This document shows positions 52,657-64,000 of a stretch of DNA of 64,000 bases, piece after piece; positions within the stretch are counted from its first letter, which is position 1, and each line of letters begins with the position of its first letter. A program made the position numbers and the translations under genes. Below the pieces are notes generated by a model. It was not told the DNA's origin and did not search any database. It saw only the letters and a list, made by a program, of their open reading frames with translations. The stretch covers positions 38,628,001 through 38,692,000 of the forward strand of contig NC_087447.1 of the NCBI RefSeq assembly GCF_036321535.1, written 5' to 3'. This stretch comes from Camelus dromedarius. Lineage: Eukaryota.

Positions 52657-52790
52657 TTTAGAATCACACAGCCTGTTCCCGCAGGTGGCGCTATCCAGAA
52701 CACCTGGATCCTTGTCCTCCTCCGTGGGGTGCTTTCGGTGACCGCAACAGGGCAATTACTCATAAACTGTGTTTCTTCTTCATCTATTAT
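52657..52790 (-). CDS. SPON1: SPON1 (F-spondin) internal coding exon, probably exon 3 (134 bp), reelin-N domain
   Basis: Minus strand reads ttttccatAG|ATA ATA GAT GAA...ATT CTA AA|GTAAGT. Translation is IIDEEETQFMSNCPVAVTESTPRRRTRIQVFWIAPPAGTGCVIL(K), which I recognise as F-spondin. Phase 0 in, phase 2 out. The supplied ORF track misses this frame. Confidence 0.97.
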
Positions 52791-53689
52791 CTATGGAAAA
52801 CCGGTGGAAAAATAAACACATTGAAATGCAGTGTCACTTTGGGAAGTTACCGTGTTGACCTCCATAATTTTACTTTTAAATCTGTCATTTTCTGTTAGCA
52901 GCTCTATGCCCCCAGACACCAGAATAGTGCCTGGCATAGAGTCGCACTCAATGCTTGTCGAACTAATGGAAGGGCAAGGATTTTGCTCCTGTTCTCTGCT
53001 CTCTGGGACCAGGATCTGGGGTCAGCACTTTCAGGAACAGGCCACATTGGGTGATGATCTTACTCATTTCACTACAACAACCTGTGTCCCACTTCAGGGA
53101 AAGAGGAGGGTGGGGGAGGGTAATCCAAAGCAAACACTCTATACCCAGACATTGTGATTCAATTTTATAACCTGAAATTAAAATGTTGCTTAGGAGGAAG
53201 TGTACCAAAACACATAAAGTCACCCAGCTTTATAGCACTGTTTATTTTGCAGTCTCTCCTTTCTTAATTTGTGCTTTATGTTAGTATTCTCCCAAGTTAA
53301 CCATAAAGTTTTCCTATGACACTGCAAAAAAAAGCTGGCGGCCGTTCCCATTTCCCAAGGCTATTCTCAGCACTTCCCCTACTTGCTTCTGGGTCTGCTA
53401 CTAGGACTTGCCCATCCCTCTGGTAGAACCATAGACTATTCCACCTGGAAGGATCTTTTGGGGGAAATCAGCTAAATCCAATGGGTCTTAAATGCCAACC
53501 CCAACTGACTGATAGTAGCTGTGTCATGTAGCATTGATAACATGGATAGATAACATTTACTGAGTGTTTAGTATAGGCTAGGTATTAAGCTAAGTGCTTC
53601 ACCTGAATTACTCATTTAATTTTCAAATACAGTTTAACAAGATCATTATATCCATACTGCATTTATTTTCCTTAAAACATTTTTTAATT

Positions 53690-56435
53690 CCTCTTTTTGT
53701 TTTAGGAAAGTGGGTAAAAAAAATTGTCACCTTATATTTTTATCACTGGACAAAGCAAAAGCTACATTTTGTTTATCTCTACACTCTTTATACTTCTCCC
53801 ATTTTCCTCTTCTATTTAGCACTCACTCCTGAGTATTTAACATATGTCCTTCTGAATATATACATATATACACACACACATACATACATATATATGTATA
53901 TAATTTACTTGAAGTTATATAGAATTGTTTTGTATTTTAACATTCCTTTCACTTAATCTTATGATTTTGAGATATGTCAGTGTTACTACATGTGAATGTA
54001 ACTCTCCGCTTCCAACTACCTCCTAGGACTCCACTGCATGCACAGACCACATTTTACTTATCCACTCGCCCAGTGAGGGGGCACTCAGCTGGTGTCCAGC
54101 TCTCTTCCTCCACAATCATTGCTGTAATGCAAATCCTCTTGCTGCTCGGCTTAGGCAACTATATGAGAGTTTCTCAGCAATATAAACCATGTAGTGGGAT
54201 TGCTTGGTTGTTGGGTTACAGATATAATCATATTAATTTCACTAAGTACTGCCAGATTGTCCTGCAGAATGGCTGTACCTACTTTTCTGTATAAGCTATG
54301 CACAAGTGTTCCCATTTCCCCATATCCTCACTAGTACTTGTGACTATTTGACTTTCAAATGGCTTCCAATCCAATGGATGTAAAGTAGTATCTTGTTTTC
54401 ATTTAATACTAGCAAATTGGAGCATCTCTTTATAAATTTATCAGGCTTCTCCTTCTGTGAACTGCCTACACAATCTTTAACAGTGGATTTTTCTGTCTTT
54501 TTCTTGTCAATTATAGGACTTTCTAGATATGAGTTGCTCATCTATGCAAGTATCTTTCTGTCACCTAGACATTTATCTTACCTGTGGAATTCTTTCATAA
54601 CTTTCATCTGGTCAAATTTATCAATACCTCTCCTGTGGCTTGCACTTTTTTTGATCTTGCCTAAACAACGGAGATCATAAAGATATTCTCCAGTATTTTC
54701 TTCCATTAGCTTATAATTTTATTTTCACACTTAGTTCTTTAATCCATTTAGAATTTACTTTTTAATTTGATGGAGAAGGGATCCAACTCCACTTTCTCCA
54801 TACGGTGAGCTACTTTTTAAAAATTAGTAAATGAAAATTTTTAGAGGAGTTTTAGGTTCACAGAAAAATTGAGCAGAGTGTACAGAGAGTTCCCATATAC
54901 CCCCTGTTCCCACACATGCACGACCTTCCCCATTATCAACATCAGGCACCAGGGTGAGGCATTTGTTAGAAATGATAAGCCTACACTGACACATCATCAC
55001 AAAGGTCCATAGTTTACATTAGGGCTCATTCTTGGTGTTATATATTCTGTGGAGTTTGACAAATGTATAATTATATATATATATCCACCATTGTAGTATT
55101 GTACTGAATAGCTTCACTGCCTTAAAAATCCTCTGTGTTCTGCCTATTCAGTCTCCCCTCCACCAACCCCTGGCAATCATTAATCTTTTGTTGTAATTGC
55201 TTATTAGCTCCAGGAAGTTTTTGGTCAACTCTTTCAGATTTTTCTATGTAGACAATCATGTCATCTGCAAAGACAACTTTATTTCTTCCCTTCCCAATCT
55301 GTATACCTCTTATTTCCTTTTCTTGTCTTGTTGCATTAGCTAGGATGCCCAGTATGATGTTGAAAAGTAGTGGTCAGAGGGGACATCCTTGCCTTGTTCT
55401 TGATCTTTGCAGCAAAGTCTCAAATTTTTTGTAGCCTCTCAAGTAAGTATGATGCTAGGTGTAGGTTTTTTTCATGCTCTTTATCAAGTTAAGGACATTT
55501 ATCTATACTCCTAGTTTGCTGAGAGTTATCATGAATAGGTGTATATTTTGTCAAATGCTTTTTCTGCATCTACTGATATAATGATGTGATATTTCTTTTC
55601 ACCTGTTGATGTGATTGATTGATTGATTTTCAAATGTTGAACCAGCCTTGCATGCCTGGGATAAACAGAATGAGTTAGGAGGTAGAGAACTGGTACAATT
55701 TCTTCCTTAAATGTTTGACAGAATTCACCAGTGAAACCATCTGGGTCTGGTGCTATTTTGGAAGGATATTAATTATTGACTCAGTTTCTTTAAGAGTTGT
55801 AGACCTATTGATACTGTCTATTCTTTATTGTGTGAGATTTTACAGATTGTATCTTTTAAGGAATTGGTCCGTTTCATCCAGATGACCAAATTTGTGAGCC
55901 TACAGTTGTTCATAATACTCCTTTATTATTCCTTTAGTGCCCATGGGATCTGTAGTGATGTCCCTTACTTCATTTCTGATATTAGTAATTTGTGTCTTCC
56001 CTCTTTTTTTTAGTTAGCTTGGCTAAGGGCTTATCAATCTTACCTTTTCAAAGAGCCAGATTTGGTTTTGTTGATTTGTCTACTAATTTTTTTTCCAATT
56101 TCATTGATTTCTGGGTTTGTTGTTGTTGTTGTTGTTTTGCTTATTTTAGATGTAATTTGCTTTTCTTTTTCTAGTTTCTTAAAGTGGAAGCCTAGATTAT
56201 TGATTTTAAATTTTTCTTCTTTTATAATATGTACATTCAATGCTATAAATTTCCCTTAAGCACCACTTTCATTGCATCTCACAGATTTTGGTAAGTTGTA
56301 GTTTCATTTGCATTTAATTAAAAATATTTTAAAATTTCTTCTGAAATTTCTTCTTTGACCCACATGTTGGTTAGAAATGTGTTGTTTAACCTCCAAATAT
56401 TTGGGGATTCTCTATCTTTCTGTTATTGATTTCTA
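53690..56435 (-). mobile_element. Cluster of old L1 fragments, including an L1MA8/9-like 3' end at about 54815-55190
   Basis: T-rich reverse L1 text (ttttaggttcacagaaaaattgagcagag; acaatcatgtcatctgcaaa; caatgctataaatttccc). Confidence 0.85.
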
Positions 56436-56439
56436 GTTA

Positions 56440-57665
56440 AGGCCATCAGTGGTTTCTGCAACTCTTAACCCAACAGATACTACGTGGTCCTTCTTTTTGA
56501 AGCACTCTCTTTCCTTGGCTTCTATGCCACAGCTCCTCTCTACCCTCTCCCTACCTCGACTTTCCTGTCCACTCTCTCTACTTCCTTTTGGCTGCTGAGC
56601 CTCCTCTACTGGCCTGTAAATTTGAAATTTCAAGCTCAAAGCTCAGTCCTAAGCCCTCTCCTGTTCTGACTTGATTCCATCTCTGTAGCTGATCTTATTC
56701 CATTCATAGCTTTAATTGCTACCTATGTGTGGCTGATTCACAAGTCTATATTTCTAGTCTTCACCACTTCTCTGATTTCTAGGCTAATGTATCTCCAAAC
56801 TTATCTTCTACTTGCATTTTCTCTTGGATAAAACTTACCTCAAATCCACCTTGTCAACCACTAACTTCCCTCAGACCTGATCCTACTCCAATTGTGTAAG
56901 TCAGAAATGTTGGGTCCTCCTTGGCTCTTCCTTCTCTCTTACCCTTCGTATCCAAATGCTGTCCTTGTTACCTTCCAAGTATCTCTTGAATTCATACTAC
57001 CATCCCTACTATCACCATAGACTAATATCCCTATTACTATTGTAGACTAAGCTACATCATTTTTAATCTGAACTAATTAACTGGTCTTTATACATCTTCT
57101 CATGCCTCTCTTCAATTTATTCTCTATACTGCAAACCTTTTAAAAACACCAGTAAAAGAATGTCCTCTTTGGAACAATTCAACAGCTTTTCAGTATTTCC
57201 AAGACCAAGACTGAAATCCTTAGGAGTCTAGTCCCTGCCTTCCTACCTCTCTAGCCTCATCTGGTGCCATCTCCCTCCTTGCTTTCTGCACTCAGCTGCT
57301 CTGTTTTTGTGTTTCCTCCTGCCAAATCCTGGCCAATTGCTAGTTCTTTCTTCCTCCTTCTTTCCCTCCCTCCCCACTTCTTCTCTTTCTTCCCCTCAGC
57401 TCATTCATCCTTTTCACTGAAAAGCCTTCCCTGTCCTCTTTCACTAGGGCAATTTCCTCCCTTATGTGTTATATATCCATTCCTCTCCTTCCAGGCACTT
57501 TGGCTCTCTTTTAATTTTACAAGCATTTGTTTGAGTCCTTAATTAACGTCTACTTCTCTAATGATCTGTAAACTACATGAGGGCAGACACTAGGTCTAGT
57601 GCTTTTTTTCCTCATCATTTCGTCACACTTAGCACAGTGCCTGATACATAAGAGGTGTGCTCTGA
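56440..57665 (+). mobile_element. L2 3' portion
   Basis: Pyrimidine-rich L2 body ending tgtaaactacatgagggcag...cttagcacagtgcctgatacata. Confidence 0.75.
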
Positions 57666-60572
57666 AGAACGAGGTGTACTTGCCTCTTTCCTTTGGCTAT
57701 GAGATGGCTGACTCTACCTCCTGCCAGCAATGTCTGCTTTTGCTCCCTATTTAGATAACTCCCTGGACTTCCTTTTGACTTTGGGTTTTGTTTTTCTAGG
57801 TGATTATTAATAGCTTGCATTTTTGAGCACTTTCTAGTGGCCAAGGACTTGACATATATTATTTCCATTTCCTTCCAATAATTAAGCATTATGAAGCCTG
57901 CCCTTGAGGAAACTACTGTGATGCAGATGGGTTAAACAACCTGTTCAAATCCCACAGTGATGGAGCTGGAGTTTGACCTCAATCCTATTTGGTTCTAACG
58001 CCTGTGCTCTTTCCCCCTATATCACAATACCTCCTAATAGTGCCATTCCCTTATGTTAGGTAAGAAGTTTGTCTCCAGCCAAGTCCACATATGCTGGACC
58101 AGCCTATGACAACCTAACATCTGACTCCAACATACACACAAGAACTTGGTAAATGTAAACAGTACTTTTGCTTCATATTTTCTTAAAGGGTACTTAGATT
58201 CCTTTCTGTAAGCTCTGTTTGTGTGAAGGCTGATTTCCTAACAATGTGATTTTCTTGGAATTGTGCACTTGGACTCCATGAGGAGCCCCTGTATGGGTGA
58301 TCATAGAGAAATTTGCAGGTAATTTTAACCCTAAATCTTTAAAATCCTTGGGAGGGTTCTGGGTGACTATACTGGGAAAGCCAAAGGGAAATATTATTTA
58401 ATTCACACCTACTATGTGCCAGGTACTTAACATGGTCATATCATTGAATTCCTGATGGGAATAATTATTCTCATTTTACAAATGAGGAAATAAAACTGAG
58501 TGATCTGGTCTGGATTCTGACCCAGGGCTGTCTGAAACCAAAGCCTCTACCTCTGAAAAAGATCCCAGTGAGGGATAAGGTTCAGACCCTTGTCTCAACA
58601 CTGAAACAAAGAAGAATGTTTTCCAAGCCACAGAAGCCATCACAGGTAAATACGGTTGTTTATCCACAACCTCAGTTGCCAGATGGTAATTAAGTATTGA
58701 ACAGAAGGGGTCGTTTCCTCCGATTTAGAAAATGCGCTCAAAGTTGTTTGCTTTTCAGAAAATGTCACCTTTCTCCAACAAGCTTTGGAGCTATCAGAAC
58801 CTGTTCTTGTACATTTCCCCAACACCGAAAGTCTCCACACTTGCCCTGGTCTAGACTAGACCCACCAAGTTACCCACCAACTAAATGAAAGCCACTTAAA
58901 AAGCTTTCAGTACGCATTTCAATCTGTGGTTTCTTTTCTGAGCAACCTGAGACTAGAAAATTAAAACATATTACAGTGGGTGGTTGTGTCTGGTAGCAGT
59001 ATTATGGGTGATTTTTATTTCTTCTCTATGCTTTTTATATTTTCTGAATTTTCTACAATGATGATGTATTACTTTAAATGAAGAGATTTCTAATTATTTT
59101 CAAGGACTTCATTATAACAGTCTATAGGTAATGTTTTATGTATTTATTTTTAATGTAGGTTAAAATAAACATTCCAGGTTAAGTTTAAGTTTAAATTCAC
59201 TTGGGAGTGATTCACTGGTAAGGCAGGATGCTTGACTCCTCAAAGAAAAAGAGAAATTAAGGGATCAACCACTGGTCCCCATCCAGCCGGGGGAGATAGC
59301 CAAGTAAAGCAGACCCAGGTTTAGACAGGTGAACAAGGTCTGATTTCCAGAATGCTTGGCAACCTATAGTTAAGGCAACCGGTTGGGCATCTGGTCATGA
59401 ATAGGCCTTTCTTAATATTAGGGACTTTTTAAGCCACCTCATCAGCATGACTTTCAAGGCTTCCAAAAACTTTTCATTGATCACAATCTTGGTCCTGAAC
59501 CACCTGCCATACCCATATTGAAATTTACATCATGGCCCGCCTTTACCCTTATCCTACTTATGGCCTTTCTTTTCAGACTCGGACATACAAGACTTCCTTC
59601 CTAAATCTAATTTTGGCTCCCCTTCTCAACTCTGATCTGGATTATCTCTTCTGCTACGTTGTCTCATCATTTCTGGTCTGACAGACATATAAGCCTCAGA
59701 AAATGACCCTAAAGAGCATCAAAGTCCCAGATAAAGTTGCAAGTGTTCTATCAGTGGGATATCCAGGAGAATACTATCCAGAAGTCCCTGTGGTGCCATC
59801 TTGGGACATTTGTCTTCAGGAAGCAGAACCCTCGTCACAGACAGAGATCAGGGCTAGTGGTCAGGGTCACGGCTCCAGTTCCCACATGAGAACCATGGAT
59901 AAGTCAGATAATTCGAACAGGAACTTGGAATGGCATCCACAGCAGGAAACTGGCCCCATGAGCATAGGCTTGGAGTGGAGTTGGCAGGAGACATTAGATT
60001 TGACCCTTGGGATAAGAGGGGACTTTGGGGGTGGAGAGGGGAAATGTGAGTTGTGAGTAAGAAAACAACTCAGGAGCCCAGTGGTCAATGCAGGGCACCA
60101 TGACCAAGGATGCCTATCAGGGAGAGGATGGGAACAGTGACTGCATAAGCAGCCAGTGCTCAAGTCCTTATTGGTCTGGGTAGTGGGTGGTCTGAGTCTG
60201 AAGGAAAGGGCAACAGTGTATCTAAATACCGATTGTTGAGTCAGAGAGGGTAGGGGACATTGATAGGGGCTGGATTAGAGAATGAGGTAATACATGTCCT
60301 ACAGCACCTTCTCGTACATATTTCTTCTCTGGAGGTTTGTGAGAAGCAGTGGGTCCTCAGTATATTGTAGCGAGAGGGAAGTGTTCCCCCAACACCTTAG
60401 TCTGATTGTATTAACACAGGAGAAAGACACCCTGAAGAGGAGAAGCATGGATATAGGCATACCTAGGAGCTATTGTGGGTTTGGTCCCAGATCTCTGCAA
60501 TAAAGTAAATACTGCAATAAAGCGAGTCATAAATTTTTTGGCTTTCCAGTGTGTATGAAGATTATGTTTACA

Positions 60573-61446
60573 AGGAAAAGATGCTCAGCATTGCTAATTA
60601 TTAGAGAAATGCAAATCAAAACTATACTGAAGTATCACCTCACACCAGTCAGAATGGCCATCACCAAAAAGTCAATAAATAATAAATGCTGGGGAGGGTA
60701 TGGAGAAAGAGGAACACTTGGACACTGTAGGTGAGAATGTAAATTGGTGCAGCCACTATGGAGAACAGTCTGGAGATTCCTTAAAAAACTAAGTTACCAT
60801 ATGATCCAGCAACCCCACTCCTGGGCATATATCTGGAAAAGATGAAAACTCTAATTCAAAAGGATACATGTACCCCAATGTTCATAGCATAACTATATAC
60901 AATAGCCAAAACATGGAAGCAACCTTAATGTCCATTGACAGATGAATGAATAAAGATGATATGTGTATATATATACACAGACACAATAGAATACTACATA
61001 AAAAAGAATGAAAACGAAATAATGCCATTTGCAGCTACACGGATGGACCTAGAGATTATCACACTAAATGAAGTCAGTCGGAGAAAAAGAAATATCATAT
61101 GATATCGCTTACATGTGGAATCTAAAAAATTGATACAAATGAACTTATTTACAAAATAGAAACAGACTCACAGACATAGAAAACAAACTTATGGTTACCA
61201 AAGAGGAAGGGGAAGAGGGATAAATTAGGAGTTTGGGATTAACAGATACACACTACTATTTATAAAATAGATAAACAAGGACCTACTCTATAGACAGGTA
61301 ACTATATTCAATATCTTTTAATAAGCTATAATGGAAAAGAATCTGAAAAGAATACAGACATATATATGTAACTGAATCATTTTGCTGTACTCATGAAACT
61401 AACCCATTGTAAATCAATGATACTTCAATAAAATAAATTAAAAAAT
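60573..61446 (+). mobile_element. 5'-truncated L1
   Basis: ORF2 C-terminus ([21 protein letters not shown]) plus 3'UTR. TSD core tatgtttaca at 60563-60572 and 61662-61671. Confidence 0.93.
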
Positions 61447-61615
61447 ACACTGTAGAGCACAGGGAAATATATACAAGATCTTATGGTAGCTCACAGCGAA
61501 AAAAAAGTGACAATGAATGTATGTATGTTCATGTATAACTGAAAAATTGTGCTCTACGCTGGAATTTGACATGGCATTGTAAAATGACTATTACTCAATA
61601 AAAAAAAAGTTTAAA
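61447..61615 (+). mobile_element. Younger-subfamily L1 3' end in the tail of the preceding L1
   Basis: gcacagggaaatatatacaagatcttatggtagctcacag..., near-identical to 62172-62330. Confidence 0.88.
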
Positions 61616-61742
61616 AATTAATTTAAAAATGTTTTCAAAGGTTAAAATTAAAAGAAAAAACTATGTTTACAGTAATACTATAATCTATTAAGTGTGCAAT
61701 AGCATCATGTCTAAAAGAATCAAAATAGCATCATGTCTAAAA

Positions 61743-62335
61743 GGAACCCTACTTCAGGATGACACCTGCACCCCAATGTTCATAGCAGCACTATTTACAA
61801 TAGCCAAAACATGGAAACAGCCTAAATGTCCATCAACAGGTGACTGGATAAAGAAGAGGTGGTATATTTATACAATGGAATACTACTCAGCCATAAAAAC
61901 CGACAACATAATGCCATTTGCAGCAACATGGATACTCCTGGAGAATGTCATTCTAAGTGAAGTAAGCCAGAAAGAGAAAGAAAAATACCCTATGAGATCG
62001 CTCATATGTGGAATCTAAAAAACGAAAACAAAAACAAACAAACAAACAAACAAAGCGTAAATACAAAACAGAAATAGACTCATAGACATAGAATACAAAC
62101 TTGTGGTTGCCAAGGAGGGTGGGAAGGGATAGATGGTATTTCAAAATTGTAGAATAGATAAACTAGATTATACTGTATAGCACAGGGAAATATACACAAG
62201 ATCTTATGGTAGCTCACAGAGAAAAAAATGTGACAATGAATATATATATGTTCATGTATAACTGAAAAATTGTGCTGAACACTGGAATTTGACACAACAC
62301 TGTAAAATGATTATAAATTAATAAAAAATGTTTAA
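61743..62335 (+). mobile_element. Young L1 3' portion
   Basis: Open ORF2 C-terminus GTLLQDDTCTPMFIAALFTIAKTWKQPKCPSTGDWIKK...SLICGI*, then 3'UTR. Confidence 0.95.
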
Positions 62336-62345
62336 AAAAAATACT

Positions 62346-62496
62346 GGGGGGGAGGGTATAGCTCAGTGGCCGAGTGCATGCCTAGTATACACGAGGTCCT
62401 GGGTTTAATCCCCAGCACCTCCATTAAAATAAATAAATAAATAAACCTAATTACCACCCCCCAAAAGTTTTTAAATAAAAGATAAAAAAAGAATTT
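62346..62496 (+). mobile_element. tRNA-derived SINE, camelid vic-1-like
   Basis: A-box TAGCTCAGTGG (62359-62369), B-box GGTTTAATCCC (62402-62412) and an A-rich tail. TSD aaaaaatact at 62336-62345 and 62497-62506. Confidence 0.88.
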
Positions 62497-64000
62497 AAAA
62501 AATACTTTATTTGCTAAAAAAATGCTAATCATTATCTGAGCCTTCAGCAAGTCATAATCTTTTTGCAACAGTGCCAAAGATCACTGATCACAGATCACCG
62601 TAACAAATATAATAATGAAAAACTTTGAAATATTGCGAGAACTACCAAAATGTGACACAGAAACAGGAAGTGAGGAAATACTGCTAGAAAAATGACACCA
62701 ATAAACTTGCTCGAACCAGGGTTGCCACAGAACTTCAATTTGTAAAAAACGCAGTATCTGCTAAGTACAGTAAAGCAAAGTGCAAGAAAATGAGGTATGC
62801 CTGTACTTGTTCATTGCAGGAAAATCAGAAAACAGAGAGAAGCAAAAATTATGAAATAAACAATACTCACAATTCAACTACCCCAAGATAGTTATGAACA
62901 TTTTGATGTATATCTTTTCAGATTATACATACATGTATACAATTCTAAAAAACAGAATTACACTTTACTGCCATTTCAGCTCAACAATACATCATGAACA
63001 TCCTTCTTTTCTACTCAATATGTAACTCAGTAAAATTAGCTATGGCTGCATAATAGCCCACAGTGTGGCCAGTCCACATTCTACCTGACAAACTTCAGAG
63101 CATTGACTATTTTGTTGTTTATAATTTGGGGATATTATGATGATCTCTTATTGCTAAATTTCACATCCTTAATTTTTCTGTGAGTGAAATTAATGCAGAT
63201 CATTATTGCTGAATCCGTCCAGGAAGGGATTTTGCAACGCTTCAGTAAAATCTGAGAGTGAATCCAAAGAAAATAATCCCAGTCATTAAATCTCCTCTTT
63301 CTAGTTTCCCGTGTGTATTTTCTGAGTCTGAAAGTCATGGAAGGAAAGACAGCTGTTTTGTCTTTTATGAAAAAGCTTTCAATACATATTTTTAGAAATT
63401 GAATAAAGATTTTGCCTTTATTGCTCTAAAGAGTTCGTTACAGAAAGGCAGAAAAGTGAAGGGGAAAAAAATCATCTCTCACTGTTTCAATAACTTTGGT
63501 TTGTTTGTTTCCTTCCAGACTTTTCTGTTTATACTTGGAAATTTGTAGACAGTTGTATTCCTACTGTGTGTATAATGTCTTGTTTTTTTTCTATTTGTCC
63601 TAAGAGCCTCCACATTTTTCCAGGTTTTTCTAAATGCATCAGGAACATCATCTGAAAGTCTGCATTGGCTGCATTCCCCAGTGTAGCTTTTGTAAGTGGT
63701 CCCTCTTTTAGGCTGTAAAGACTTAGGCCCAAATCTTGTCCTCCTTCCTGACAAAGCATCTCCCCTCCCGCCCCTAGACAGTTACTAGAATCTCTTTCTG
63801 CTCTAGCATCTCTTCCAACAGATTCTTATTTTCATTGCATTCATTAAAAAAAAAAAACCAACATTTCTGCTTCGTTTTTTCTTTGCCAGGGGTGTGCCCT
63901 CCACTGCCCAGATCTGAGAAGTGAGAGAAGCTGGGGGAGGAGCAGTGTGGAGGTGTCCACAAGCATCGTTGGGGGGCTCCTCAGTCATCGCCCTGGGTAC

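Larger units (their letters stand above)
60454..62803. mobile_element. Tigger2a/MER28-like TcMar element split by L1 and SINE insertions
   Basis: TIRs (t)aggcatacct and aggtatgcctg, with TA flanks at 60452-53 and 62804-05. Host pieces lie at 60454-60572, 61657-61742 and 62497-62803. Confidence 0.85.

Noticed and set aside
52498..52755. 85-aa ORF MPCCGHRKH...
   Set aside because: It is an alternative frame over the real SPON1 exon that runs into the intron.
62346..62422. tRNA gene
   Set aside because: It has A and B boxes, but also an A-rich tail, a TSD and no clean cloverleaf, so it is a SINE.
1..64000. A novel multi-gene, defence or CRISPR-like system
   Set aside because: The sequence is a mammalian intron-rich locus. 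There are no operon-like ORFs or repeat-spacer arrays, and the recurring sequences are dispersed L1 3' ends.

Overview
This is mammalian genomic DNA, most likely a camelid (alpaca/camel group). That call rests on a vic-1-type tRNA-derived SINE, artiodactyl-type L1 3' ends, and no recognisable Alu, B1, BovB or PRE1. The whole window lies inside SPON1 (F-spondin), transcribed from the minus strand. Three short coding exons are visible at 52657-52790, 18618-18691 and 13685-13807; they probably correspond to human exons 3-5. They splice in frame through canonical GT-AG sites and encode the C-terminal part of the reelin-N domain and the start of the spondin-N domain. The rest is intron, rich in L1, L2, MIR, hAT/Tigger DNA-transposon fossils, solo LTRs and microsatellites. 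Almost all supplied ORFs are non-coding noise or L1 remnants. I see no evidence for a new multi-gene system. The most interesting observations are a polyadenylated LTR-like fragment inserted with L1 hallmarks, two nested-transposon stacks, an isolated L1 5'UTR antisense to the gene, an unexplained 32-bp direct repeat, and some candidate enhancer/CTCF sites. Repeat subfamily names come from recalled consensus sequences, and boundaries of old repeats are approximate.
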